Origin: an uncultured Nitrospiraceae bacterium
GTDB taxonomy: Bacteria; Nitrospirota; Nitrospiria; Nitrospirales; Nitrospiraceae
DNA length: 64,000 bases
Reading direction: 5' to 3'
NCBI GenBank assembly: GCA_963706325.1
Contig: CAVPLT010000001.1
Span: 224,001 to 288,000, forward strand
The notes under the pieces are model-generated. The model worked only from the letters and a program-made list of their open reading frames with translations, had not been told where the DNA came from and made no database searches. How positions within the stretch are numbered: the first letter of the stretch is position 1; every line of letters starts with the position of its first letter. Positions 10,177 to 20,028 of this stretch are shown in pieces. Made by a program: the position numbers and the translations under genes.

Positions 10177-13100
10177 AGGTTCGTCCATGAAAAGTACCGA
10201 CTTCGGGGATCGATAGCGACATTGGCCCCGATGCCAGAGCTTGGGAGCCCTGTGCTGGATCCACAGGTAGCACAATCGCCAAAGTTTCCTTGGCTCATAT
10301 TGATCAAGAGACCAAACGGACTGCCTCCGTCACGGCCAGATCCCATGTGGACCACGATTCCAAATGCCAAACCCTCCCCGAGAGAACCGAATCTATTCAC
10401 GGCTTTGTTTGCGCCCGCTGAAGCAGTTCCGATAATCGGCTCTTGGTACGCGCTCCCAGTTTTATAGAACAGCGCCCAGAGTCGGCTAGTTCCGGAGGAG
10501 ACGCAAATGTCGTTAACCGGAATAAAGGTCGGGAAAAATACGACGCCGCCGAAGACCGTCGGACTGCTCACGGTTCGTTCCCCAATGCCATATGGGACAG
10601 GCTGCGATGGTGGGTTAGCCGGCTCGACCAGCTTGGTCACCCATCCGTCCTTGCTCTGCACCAGTCCGATAAGCCCTGTAAAGGTGGTGGTGCCAGTGAC
10701 TCCAGAAACCTGATTAGTTCCGGTTGCCAATCCACAATCCCCTACCCCCACCACACAGACGGTGGCATTCGAGACGTCGACAAGATCATTTTCCATGCAG
10801 TTGAGTGCACCAACTGTTTGGTTACATCCTGCATTCAGAACGGAGTCTTTCAACCCCACGAAGTACTGCGTGGAAATATCGGTCTTATCCGCCTTACTGT
10901 AGTAGCGACCGCTTCCCGCGAAAACCCACACATTTGCGGCATCGTCCACCGTGACAGAGGGAGCCGTTGCAACCGGTCCCATCTCCGCCCCAGATAGGAA
11001 GGTGTCCAGCATCTCGGTTGGAACACGAGCGCTTCCCGAGGAAATACCCCACTGAGCGGGATTCGTCACCGTGCCAAACTTCGCGGTGGCTCCTCCCGCC
11101 CCCATGGTCAAACGATAAATCTTGCCCCGCCAGGGCGGAGCGCCATCATTGATGACTCGCCCGAAATAGACAACGTCATGCCGATAGTCTAGATCCCTAT
11201 CGAACGCCGTCATGTCTCCGATATACGAGTTCCAAGACCCCGCTATATACGAGGTTACCAAACTATTGTCGCTCCCTGGCCCCGTTCCAAGGTCGATGAC
11301 AAAAATTTTCCCGCTTTGCGCCGCACTCGCATCGTATCCAGTGGGGCCAGACCCAACCACCATATGCCACTTGGCATTCGTATTGCTGGCCTTTGCATCG
11401 CCGGCTGGATTCACACGCACCACTGCCGGCACACTGGTCGTCAATCCCAAATCCGAACTGCTGAAAGACCAGAGGAGCCGCGGAGCATCGGGGTTGGTGA
11501 TATCCATCGCGAAGTAGGAACTGTAGAACGTATAGTTGGTCCCACCAATGGTGACCGTAAGGGGCGGCGCGCCGCTCCCCGCCGTGCAAGCTCCGCAGCT
11601 TCCCCCCATTCGGAATCCTCCGATGAGAAGAGTCCCCCATCCGTTCGGATGGTCGGCGTCTGGGGTAAAGATGCGCACATCTGCCACTTTGAGAGGTAAA
11701 TCGACGTAATAGGCATGCTGGTAGTCAGCGCGCGTCAAAAACTCAAGCTGCGGGAGGAGTTCGTAGGGCACAAAGCCCCATAACTCGTCGCCCAACGGAG
11801 CCCCTGTGGAATTGTCCGCTGGACCCGTCGTAAACCAGCCATGTTCGGTAGTATTAGAAGGAGCTGCAGCGCTCGTGTCATCGCCCGGGTGATAGTAACC
11901 CGCGTTGAAAGCGTGCAACATCCCATCGTTTCCTCCCACGTAGGCCACCTGCCGGCGGTTGTACCATCGCTGGAGGAAGGCTGAGTAACTCTGGTCCCCA
12001 TAGATCGCGTCGTGCCGATCTCTTGGGCCCGCAACGAGTGTGGGTGTCGAGTGAATGACATCTCCGAGCTTCCACACCTTCAAGGTCCCGCTCCCAGACG
12101 GTACCTGGAGCCGACGATCTCTTGTCGCGGATTGCTCTGCACAGCTTCCGACATCGCAGCCACGCACAAAGTTGATGATTTTGGTTCCCTCAGCGCTCGA
12201 GGCCGCTCGGAGGTATGGACGAAGGGTTGTCTCGTTGGCCGTCGTAAACGCCATCTGCTCGCCGGAATCCACCACTCCGTCATGGTCCGAGTCGACCCAC
12301 GTGAGGATAGTTCGAGTTGATGCATCCTTCAGGGCCAATTGCTTGCCCGCTTCCCAAATCGGAAGGATGTCGCTTAGCAATTTCCCGCAGGGATTACAGT
12401 CTGCTGCTGTCACGAGGTTGTCGCCATTCTGATCATTCGGTAAGCCATCGCCGTCACTGTCCACATACTTATCAACTTTGACCGAATTCGACACCGCATC
12501 AAACCGAGTCTTAATGATCCGATCAACCTTGTAGTCCAATCGACCATCTTGATTCGTATCCTCACGGGTATTGCCGAATGTATCGATGAATAAAGACTGC
12601 GTGTAGCCGGTCCATTTCACATCCGCGAGCGTCGATGGTTCAATAGTGCTGGGATAGAAATACGACTGGTACAACGCGCCTTCTCCCGTCGAAGCCGTAG
12701 CCAGAACAGACACGGAAGAACCGGAGGCGCTTCGCCTCAGAATGCTGGCGATCGTCGCGAGCAGCTTGTCCTGCAAATCATCCACATTCGAGGATTCAAA
12801 ATAGGCATCGGGAATACCATCCGCGGTCGAAGCACCCGTGAGGTTGTTTTCCTTATCCCATTCGTTTGTTTGGGGGATGCCGTCTCCGTTCGAATCTTCA
12901 AATCCACCCAAGCGCGCGGTCTGAGCAAGAATTCCACGTCCATTCATATTGCCAAATGCAAAGAATGAATACACGGTGATACTCTGCATGCCTGGAATAC
13001 AGTGGCCAGTCACCCCCAATACAGCAATCGTGCCGTCTGCCGTCCCGGTACAAGGCCGAAGATCATTGGTGTGGGCCCAATAGGCCACGTCATCCAAATA

Positions 13101-14576
13101 GTGGCTTCCGTTATCGGCATAGTCCGTTTTGTGTTCCGCGATTAAGTCGCTGAATGGTGTGGCATCATTCGTATTGCAGGTTCCGTTGATGGGACGAACT
13201 GGCGCAGCGCTGTCACTACCCGTGCAGTGAACACCATGTTGAGCGTGCGCGTAATCCTGCATCGCAGCGGGTATGTTCTGGTCTTCAGTTGGCTCACCAT
13301 CGGTAAAAATAATCACGAATGTTCGGCAACAGCTCACCACCTGAGACGTCGAGGCCCATGGTGGAGTATGATTTTTTCCAAAGAAATAAGGATCGCGACC
13401 GCAGGCATTGGTGATGTACCCAGATGGACAGGTCTCTCCACCCCCCAGTACTGTCACTTCACTGGTTCCGATCGAACCTGCACCATTCGTGGCAAAATTC
13501 ACGCCGCTTGATCGGGAATCAGAATAGCCAATGGGATAAATATAGCCGGTAGCGAAAGTGGATTTAATCTGGGCAACATACCGTGCCGTTTCGTACAAAG
13601 ACTCGCTGAGTGGAGTCCATGTTGATGGGTAGGATTCCTGCACCGCATCGACCATCGCGGCCGTGTTCGTAGTGAACGTCTCAACCCCGGAACCCGACCA
13701 ATCGATGGATTGGAGAGATCCGGCGCCCACCAACATACGTGCGCCCTCGCTGCTGGACTTAAACTCAACCAAACCGAACCGTGCTTTCGAGCCAATTTGT
13801 TGAATCACACCCGTTGGCTCGGAGACATATCCGATCTTAAGCTCATATTTTCTGAGACTGTAGGAATCACCACAGTTACTGCTGAAACTCGTGTCGTTAT
13901 CGACACAAAAGTATGCCGCAGAGACGCCGATTGAAATCGTCGCAGGATTTCCGGTCCTATCGGCCGATGGTATTCGTCCCACATACGTATTAAGACCGGT
14001 TCCACTCGAATAAGTGACGTCGGCACGTTCATCATTGACACCGCTCGATTGGGCACGCACGGTCTTCAACGCAGGCGTTCCACTGCCTGGGCAAGTTCCA
14101 TCTGCAGCCCTGGTCGAAAAACAGTCACCACCTGACATAGCGCGCTTGACTGCATCAAACCGGCGCAGTGTCGCCCAATTTATAAAATTGCCATCCCACT
14201 CGGTAGCAGGACACGCCGTTGCCACAGTCGCTTTGGCAGTACCATTTTCAAATCGGGTGTCAGTAGTATCGTAGACGTAGCATTGAAGCGGATCGAAGTA
14301 CCCGGAGTAGCGAGTTGTGTTGGTAAACGTGGTCGTCGTAGAGGTACCCCCGCTAGGCAACGTCCCGCAAGACGTTGACTCACAAGCCCGATTACTCATG
14401 CTGCCGGAGTTATCCATTAGAATAATGATATTGGGCGTGGTCGCGTTGGAGACGAACGGGGGCACGGCGGTATAGTCGGCATTGGACACGACGGCGCCAG
14501 CATCGCTGAACCCACTTAACGCGGCGCTCACGCTACTGGCCACGACCATCGCAACAATAAGGGTTGGACGATTCAT
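10173..14576 (-). CDS. pilY1: Type IV pilus tip adhesin PilY1/PilC (vWA-like N-terminus plus C-terminal beta-propeller)
   Basis: Signal peptide; DNSGSM MIDAS-like motif; TPLSESLYE; LGDVIHSTP; GGNDGMLHAF; ELWGFVP; YYVD; follows pilVWX. Confidence 0.9.
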   Translation of the reverse strand: MNRPTLIVAMVVASSVSAALSGFSDAGAVVSNADYTAVPPFVSNATTPNIIILMDNSGSMSNRACESTSCGTLPSGGTSTTTTFTNTTRYSGYFDPLQCYVYDTTDTRFENGTAKATVATACPATEWDGNFINWATLRRFDAVKRAMSGGDCFSTRAADGTCPGSGTPALKTVRAQSSGVNDERADVTYSSGTGLNTYVGRIPSADRTGNPATISIGVSAAYFCVDNDTSFSSNCGDSYSLRKYELKIGYVSEPTGVIQQIGSKARFGLVEFKSSSEGARMLVGAGSLQSIDWSGSGVETFTTNTAAMVDAVQESYPSTWTPLSESLYETARYVAQIKSTFATGYIYPIGYSDSRSSGVNFATNGAGSIGTSEVTVLGGGETCPSGYITNACGRDPYFFGKNHTPPWASTSQVVSCCRTFVIIFTDGEPTEDQNIPAAMQDYAHAQHGVHCTGSDSAAPVRPINGTCNTNDATPFSDLIAEHKTDYADNGSHYLDDVAYWAHTNDLRPCTGTADGTIAVLGVTGHCIPGMQSITVYSFFAFGNMNGRGILAQTARLGGFEDSNGDGIPQTNEWDKENNLTGASTADGIPDAYFESSNVDDLQDKLLATIASILRRSASGSSVSVLATASTGEGALYQSYFYPSTIEPSTLADVKWTGYTQSLFIDTFGNTREDTNQDGRLDYKVDRIIKTRFDAVSNSVKVDKYVDSDGDGLPNDQNGDNLVTAADCNPCGKLLSDILPIWEAGKQLALKDASTRTILTWVDSDHDGVVDSGEQMAFTTANETTLRPYLRAASSAEGTKIINFVRGCDVGSCAEQSATRDRRLQVPSGSGTLKVWKLGDVIHSTPTLVAGPRDRHDAIYGDQSYSAFLQRWYNRRQVAYVGGNDGMLHAFNAGYYHPGDDTSAAAPSNTTEHGWFTTGPADNSTGAPLGDELWGFVPYELLPQLEFLTRADYQHAYYVDLPLKVADVRIFTPDADHPNGWGTLLIGGFRMGGSCGACTAGSGAPPLTVTIGGTNYTFYSSYFAMDITNPDAPRLLWSFSSSDLGLTTSVPAVVRVNPAGDAKASNTNAKWHMVVGSGPTGYDASAAQSGKIFVIDLGTGPGSDNSLVTSYIAGSWNSYIGDMTAFDRDLDYRHDVVYFGRVINDGAPPWRGKIYRLTMGAGGATAKFGTVTNPAQWGISSGSARVPTEMLDTFLSGAEMGPVATAPSVTVDDAANVWVFAGSGRYYSKADKTDISTQYFVGLKDSVLNAGCNQTVGALNCMENDLVDVSNATVCVVGVGDCGLATGTNQVSGVTGTTTFTGLIGLVQSKDGWVTKLVEPANPPSQPVPYGIGERTVSSPTVFGGVVFFPTFIPVNDICVSSGTSRLWALFYKTGSAYQEPIIGTASAGANKAVNRFGSLGEGLAFGIVVHMGSGRDGGSPFGLLINMSQGNFGDCATCGSSTGLPSSGIGANVAIDPRSRYFSWTNL

Positions 14577-14653
14577 GCGTTCTTCCTCCTTATCCCAAGC
14601 AGGACAACAGCCGTAGAATTTCGGCTACGAGTTGAGACAAGACCTTCCGTGTT

Positions 14654-14980
14654 CTATTGCGGCAATTTGACCACCATCTTGTCGATGTGGCCTTCTTTGA
14701 GATGAAATTTGACGAGCGAGGTGGGAATGATCCGCCCAAGCTCTAAGGGCTCTCCCTCATGACTCACCACCAACACATCGGACTTCAGCACATAACTCCG
14801 TCCATCGATTCGGATCGTCGATCCTTGCACCTCATCGATCACGCCGGACTGAAAACCAGCGGTGGGAAACGGCATGGCAACATCCATTTGCGCAAAGACG
14901 ACGGATGGCACAAGAGGAGTCGCTTGTAACAATGCCAGCAGCCCGAGCGTCACCACGATGACTGTGCGATTCATCGTCAT
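14654..14980 (-). CDS. Small exported protein, possible PilY2-like
   Basis: GAGGGAG RBS; signal peptide; GVIDEV...IRIDGRSYVL; lies between pilX and pilY1. Confidence 0.6.
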   Translation of the reverse strand: MTMNRTVIVVTLGLLALLQATPLVPSVVFAQMDVAMPFPTAGFQSGVIDEVQGSTIRIDGRSYVLKSDVLVVSHEGEPLELGRIIPTSLVKFHLKEGHIDKMVVKLPQ

Positions 14981-14988
14981 ACTCCCTC

Positions 14989-15621
14989 TTAATTGATTTT
15001 CTTCACACATGTGTCGCCATCCAGGCATCCATAGACTGAGGTCACGGTGCTATTTGAGCCAGTCGCCGGATTGCTTGCCATGCAAGTAATCCGGTACACA
15101 TGCTCCGTCCCGGCTACCCCCGTTCCCTGCCCGCTCTTGGAATGCGTATAGAGAAGATCGATGTCGCCGCTGACGGTAAAGCCGGGGAGATTTGTCATGA
15201 CGAAATTCGGAGCCGTGCTCGCAGTATCCGCAAAATTGACAGCCGGAGTGTTCGCCGCAGCCGGTGAAGGAAGATCATACCCATAGATTTCAGCGTAGAG
15301 CGTGGCGGCATTCGTCGTGGGAACCGGGCCTGCGGGAGCGATAAAGGGACCCGGTAGCACCCCTGGGGGCGACAACGTTTGCTGTATAATGTTTGCGGCG
15401 AGGCCTTCGCATGAATCCGCCGCCGCCACCACGGCTTCGGTGCTGCGGAAAAATCCCGCCATTCGATTCTCCATGCTGGTTACTGTAATCGAAGCTATTC
15501 CCAGAATAGTCAGAATCATCAGCATTAACATTACCGTCAGCAGGGCAATGCCCTGTTGATTTTTCATCCCTGCTATTTCACATCCCCGTTCCACGCCGAG
15601 GTGTTTAAGTCGTACGTTCAT
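14989..15621 (-). CDS. pilX: PilX-like minor pilin, cassette A (alternative start 15567)
   Basis: QQG|IALLTVM class III signal without E+5; ENRMAG...AA. Confidence 0.8.
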   Translation of the reverse strand: MNVRLKHLGVERGCEIAGMKNQQGIALLTVMLMLMILTILGIASITVTSMENRMAGFFRSTEAVVAAADSCEGLAANIIQQTLSPPGVLPGPFIAPAGPVPTTNAATLYAEIYGYDLPSPAAANTPAVNFADTASTAPNFVMTNLPGFTVSGDIDLLYTHSKSGQGTGVAGTEHVYRITCMASNPATGSNSTVTSVYGCLDGDTCVKKIN

Positions 15622-15636
15622 CGCGCCCGTCTCTCA

Positions 15637-16773
15637 TTACAAGTTTCGCGGCTGAATCGTGCGGACCACGACTCGCCGTCGTTGCTGCTGATAGACCGTC
15701 GGATCATAGGTAGCGTCCGTTGACGGGTTGTGATCTCCGACGATCACCGGTCCCGTCGTGTTAGCAGCCCGCGTCCCCTTCTCATCAAGCCCTTCATCCG
15801 ACTTCGTTGGCCTGACCACCAAGCTCACCTGAGCCATTCGGATTTTATCCGGCGTCCCAGGGGTGATTGCCCAGGCGCTGTTGGAAATAAAATCTCCTTG
15901 TGTGAACGTCGGAAACCCCGAGGCTGACGACCCGTCCTGATCATCCACGATTCCGTCCGGAAAGAGCGGATTGGGCGCAGCCTGATTGCACCCGTCACAC
16001 GCATACGTAATTTGCATATCTTCCACACCGTCCACGAGGGGCACGTTGTTTCTCACCAAGCAAGGTGTCGTGCTTCCACATGTGGCCGGAGTATTCGCGA
16101 CCACTTGATACCGTATACACTGCATCAGGTACACCGGCGTGCCGATAGGAAATTGTCCATCGATGAAGTTGCCGGTACCGAACCCAATGGAAGTTGCATT
16201 GACGGCCTGCACCGTTTTTGACAATGCTCCCCCGATGGAAATCGTCGAACCAACAGCGAGCCCCTGCACAACCATTTCAGTAATAGCAGCTCCCGAAAGG
16301 CTGATGGCATTGTCAAAGGTCCTGTTATTTGGTGTACCGCCCACCGCGACCGTCAAGGTCCACCCTGTGGTATTCATTACTGGCAGTACCATGGCCACTG
16401 CATCCGTTCCGGTATCTGGTCCCGCTGGTGTTTGATCTTGTGGGAGCAACCCGACCGGCTTAACAATGGCGCCGATGGTGGCCCTACAGGTGTCCACCGG
16501 CGCCGTGCCTGGATCCGTGGCATTGTAGTTAAAGCCGGCGAGTTTGATATCCCGACCTAGCAAGTCAATTGCCAATCGAACATTCTGCTGAGTATCTGCC
16601 ACCTGTGTATTCACGACATTGGCGCGATTTGATGTGACAACGGTGGTCATGGTGGCAGCCACGATCACCACCGTGATCAGAACAGCCGCCATCAGCTCCA
16701 CGAGCGTGAAACCCTGCTGGCTCTCTGCGAATCGGCGCATGTTCATACTCCACCTGTGCCTATTCAGGCGCAA
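15637..16773 (-). CDS. pilW: PilW-like minor pilin, cassette A
   Basis: QQG|FTLVELM; DIKLAG; LVDGVEDMQITY; C-terminal PRN. Confidence 0.85.
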   Translation of the reverse strand: MRLNRHRWSMNMRRFAESQQGFTLVELMAAVLITVVIVAATMTTVVTSNRANVVNTQVADTQQNVRLAIDLLGRDIKLAGFNYNATDPGTAPVDTCRATIGAIVKPVGLLPQDQTPAGPDTGTDAVAMVLPVMNTTGWTLTVAVGGTPNNRTFDNAISLSGAAITEMVVQGLAVGSTISIGGALSKTVQAVNATSIGFGTGNFIDGQFPIGTPVYLMQCIRYQVVANTPATCGSTTPCLVRNNVPLVDGVEDMQITYACDGCNQAAPNPLFPDGIVDDQDGSSASGFPTFTQGDFISNSAWAITPGTPDKIRMAQVSLVVRPTKSDEGLDEKGTRAANTTGPVIVGDHNPSTDATYDPTVYQQQRRRVVVRTIQPRNL

Positions 16774-17284
16774 CGATAGTCGTAAACACCGCGGTCTTGG
16801 TCCGAGCCGTGCTCACATCAGTGCGTATGGTTTGCCAACTCATACTAATGGTCACCAGAAACCGGTTCATCGTTACCGGATTCGCAGTAGGATCCGGATC
16901 GAGACGGGTCGCCGTGACGATCCCAGTTGCACCAGCGAGACCAGAGTTTGCCACCAAAGTTTGCCACTGGGTGCAATCACCCAGCGCCATGCGTTGTGTG
17001 CTCACGCTCTGCGCGCAGGCCACACCCGTATTGGTATTGTGGTAATCAAGGACCCGCTGCCGATTGCTTTGAATGCGCTCCGTCATGTCGGCAGCAAGGT
17101 TGGTGACGCGCGTCATGTCATTGGCATCGACATTCTTTCCGAGAGAGAGTCCTGATAAGCCTGCCAGCCCCAACAGCCCGATCGAGAGCACACCCGCCGC
17201 AACCATCGCTTCCAACAGGGTGAATCCCGTCTGCAAGGGTGTGATTGCTTCCGGCCAACGCTGTAACCGTGTGAATCGTTTCAT
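16760..17284 (-). CDS. pilV: PilV-like minor pilin, cassette A
   Basis: G|FTLLEAMVA...IGLLGLAGL; ERIQSN. Confidence 0.85.
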   Translation of the reverse strand: MKRFTRLQRWPEAITPLQTGFTLLEAMVAAGVLSIGLLGLAGLSGLSLGKNVDANDMTRVTNLAADMTERIQSNRQRVLDYHNTNTGVACAQSVSTQRMALGDCTQWQTLVANSGLAGATGIVTATRLDPDPTANPVTMNRFLVTISMSWQTIRTDVSTARTKTAVFTTIVAPE

Positions 17285-17291
17285 GGCAGTT

Positions 17292-17768
17292 CTAAGGACA
17301 GGTCGTCTTCGCGCACCAATTGACCTTACCGGCTGGAGTGACGACCACGGAATAGGTCGTCCCCTGTTGGGACACCAAGGTCACAGTTTGAGTCGCCGCG
17401 ATGCCGCTCAGGCCTTGCTGCGTGAACTGAATGGTCGGCCCACCCGTAAATGCGATGATAGACTGAGGAAGAAGGATCGGGGCCAGCGCCCCTCCGAAAT
17501 CGACATTGACCTTACCCGATACCAAGGCCAGCGTGGCGGTAACCGCGAGATTCCGGTTCATCGCCGCCATCCGAGCCAAGTTGAGGCTCCCGGCGAGTTC
17601 TGTGGTGCCCTGCTTCAACTGATAGCGGGCGTTCCACTGAGAGTAATTTGGGATTGCCACCATCGCCAGAATGCCGACGATTGCTACACCGATCATCACC
17701 TCAATCAGAGTAAAGCCTCGCTGGCCGGGGATAGGAGAGCACCGTTGATAGCGGTGATAGATAGGCAT
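17292..17768 (-). CDS. FimT/FimU (GspH-like) minor pilin, cassette A
   Basis: QRG|FTLIEVM...AIPNY; LARMAAM; start moved to ATG 17768 because a sigma54 motif occupies the upstream part of the ORF. Confidence 0.8.
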   Translation of the reverse strand: MPIYHRYQRCSPIPGQRGFTLIEVMIGVAIVGILAMVAIPNYSQWNARYQLKQGTTELAGSLNLARMAAMNRNLAVTATLALVSGKVNVDFGGALAPILLPQSIIAFTGGPTIQFTQQGLSGIAATQTVTLVSQQGTTYSVVVTPAGKVNWCAKTTCP

Positions 17769-17783
17769 GGCAACAGTCAGATG

Positions 17784-17799
17784 AGCAAAGGCCGTGCCG
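17784..17799 (-). promoter_or_regulatory. Sigma54 (-24/-12) promoter for pilus cassette A
   Basis: CGGCAC-GGCCT-TTGCT matches YGGCAC-N5-TTGCW. Confidence 0.7.
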
Positions 17800-18126
17800 A
17801 TGACTTTCACCTCCGCGCATTACACAAGGCATTGATATCATGACTTCATTCAGAGTGACCGGCGTACAAATAGGAGCGCTCAGGGACCACCTGAATGACA
17901 AATTTTGTCTGATTTCTGGCAAGTGCACTCAGGGCCAGGTGTTCATGGTAGGCAGCGAGCAGATGTTACGATGCTGGGACTGACGCGACGGCCATCATAT
18001 GGTGAGTTGGAATCAGCCAAGCTTCCAGCGCTCACCCCTGCGCAATCCAGCATACATGAACCGGCGTCAATGGAGAGATGGGCCTTACGGTGGGACGTAT
18101 CATATGTCAGCACCTCTCGGGAACAA

Positions 18127-19935
18127 CTACTTGACTGCCACAGCCCGCACTTGCTGATAGGTGGTGAGGCCTAGGATGACTTTCTCAATACCATCTTGCA
18201 GCAACGTCCTCATGCCTTCTTCCTTTGCGAGCGCCAATAGCTCAGCGGTCCGAGTCCTCGCTTGAATAAGTCCCCTCATGCGGTCCGAAACCACCATGAG
18301 TTCATGGATGGGTACTCGACCGCGGTAACCGGTCTGATTGCAGACTTCGCACCCTCGTCCGCGAAAGAGCGTGAAGGCGGCATGATAATCGAGCCCCAGA
18401 CGCGCCCAATCCGACACCCCATAGGCCTGAACCAGTTCGTCGAACTCCTCCTGAGTGGGATGGTATGGCTCTCGGCAGTTCTGGCAGATACGCTTGCATA
18501 GGCGCATCGCCAGCACTCCCAACATGGCATCCGAAAAGTTGAACGGGTCACAGCCTAAATCAATCAGCCTGACGACCGTCTCCACAGCGCTATTGGTATG
18601 GATCGTACTGAACACCAAATGTCCTGTGAGAGAGGCTTCAATGGCGATATCCGCCGTTTCTTTGTCACGCATTTCACCGATCATGATCACATCTGGATCC
18701 GCTCTCAGGAACGCTCGCATAGTTGTGGCGAAGGTAAGCCCAATCTTGGTATGGACCTGGACCTGTCGTAACCCGTCCTGTGTGATCTCGATGGGATCTT
18801 CCGCCGTCCAAATTTTTCGTTCATCGGTGTTGATAGATGCCAAAATGGCATGCAGCGTCGTGGTCTTACCGGATCCTGTCGGACCCGCACACAGAACAAT
18901 ACCGTGCGGTTTCTTCGCCAGCTCCCCTACCAGACGGCGAGTCTCCAAACTGAATTCCAATTCGTCCAATCGGCGAGGACCATTCGTGGTTAACAATCGG
19001 ATCACCACGTCTTCATTAAAACCGGCCGTGGGAAGCGTTGCGACTCGCAATTCGACCTCCTGCCCCGTATTGAGCTTGAACCGAATCTTTCCATCCTGCG
19101 GCTTGCGTCGTTCGGCTATATCCAAGCTAGCCATAATCTTCACTCGAGACACAATCGCCCGGCGATAGGCTGCCGGAACTTTCATGTAGGTGAAACAAGT
19201 TCCGTCCACGCGGAAACGGATCGACGTTTCTTTTCGATCGGCGTAGGGCTCGATATGAATATCCGAGGCGCCCTGACGGTAAGCCTCTGCAATGATCTGG
19301 TTAGCAAGGCGGACGATGGCCGAATCGTTTTCCGTGATCGCCGCGATGGTGGCATTTTGCTGTTCTTCCAATTGTGCTTCACTCACCAACTCGCCGAGAA
19401 TATCCGTGATCGCCTCGTCCGACCCTCGATCCAGGACAACACTTACGTACTGTTCGATATCGCGACGAAGCCCAACGCGATATGAAATTACCTGGCCCGG
19501 AAAGGCCCGGCGCACGTCGAGCAGCTTGTCGGGATTGTGAGGGTCATCGATCAGGACTTCAACTTCATTCCCCTGCCGCCTGAGCGGAACCCAATGATTC
19601 ATGCGGAGATAATCCAGGCTCAGATCTTTCAAAAGTTCACGTTCCATGACAGTTCGCTCGTCGTAGGAGAGAAAAGGACAGCGATAGAAGTCTGCCAGGG
19701 CCAGCCCAATAGCCGGCTTGGGAATCCGATATCGATCCATGAGCACGGAAGCGACATCAATCCGCTTTCTCCGAGCCTCTGCCGATGCCAGCGCCAGTTC
19801 TTCCTGCCGAAGGAACGCTTGTTCGACTAGCCGGTGATAGGGGCCGGCTGCGCGCGCCTGCGCGGCTGTTGAGACGCCTGGTACAGATGCTTTGCATGGT
19901 AAGCCTGGGATAGTTGCGGAGATCATAGGGTCCAT
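18127..19935 (-). CDS. PilB/GspE-family assembly ATPase
   Basis: ASDIHIEP, ERRKPQDG, GPTGSGKTTT, EDPIE, RADPDVIMIGEMRD, TGHLVFSTIH, two CxxC pairs. Confidence 0.93.
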   Translation of the reverse strand: MDPMISATIPGLPCKASVPGVSTAAQARAAGPYHRLVEQAFLRQEELALASAEARRKRIDVASVLMDRYRIPKPAIGLALADFYRCPFLSYDERTVMERELLKDLSLDYLRMNHWVPLRRQGNEVEVLIDDPHNPDKLLDVRRAFPGQVISYRVGLRRDIEQYVSVVLDRGSDEAITDILGELVSEAQLEEQQNATIAAITENDSAIVRLANQIIAEAYRQGASDIHIEPYADRKETSIRFRVDGTCFTYMKVPAAYRRAIVSRVKIMASLDIAERRKPQDGKIRFKLNTGQEVELRVATLPTAGFNEDVVIRLLTTNGPRRLDELEFSLETRRLVGELAKKPHGIVLCAGPTGSGKTTTLHAILASINTDERKIWTAEDPIEITQDGLRQVQVHTKIGLTFATTMRAFLRADPDVIMIGEMRDKETADIAIEASLTGHLVFSTIHTNSAVETVVRLIDLGCDPFNFSDAMLGVLAMRLCKRICQNCREPYHPTQEEFDELVQAYGVSDWARLGLDYHAAFTLFRGRGCEVCNQTGYRGRVPIHELMVVSDRMRGLIQARTRTAELLALAKEEGMRTLLQDGIEKVILGLTTYQQVRAVAVK

Positions 19936-20028
19936 TCCTTTTTGAGTATCGGAGATACAGTACGCTCTTTGGTTAGATGCGCGCTCAGCATAACTGAAAC
20001 AACCCAGAGGTAGCCGCGACTATCCTCA

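Noticed and set aside
17810..18126. c-di-GMP riboswitch between pilB and cassette A
   Set aside because: I could not identify the conserved riboswitch stems; a sigma54 enhancer region explains the gap.
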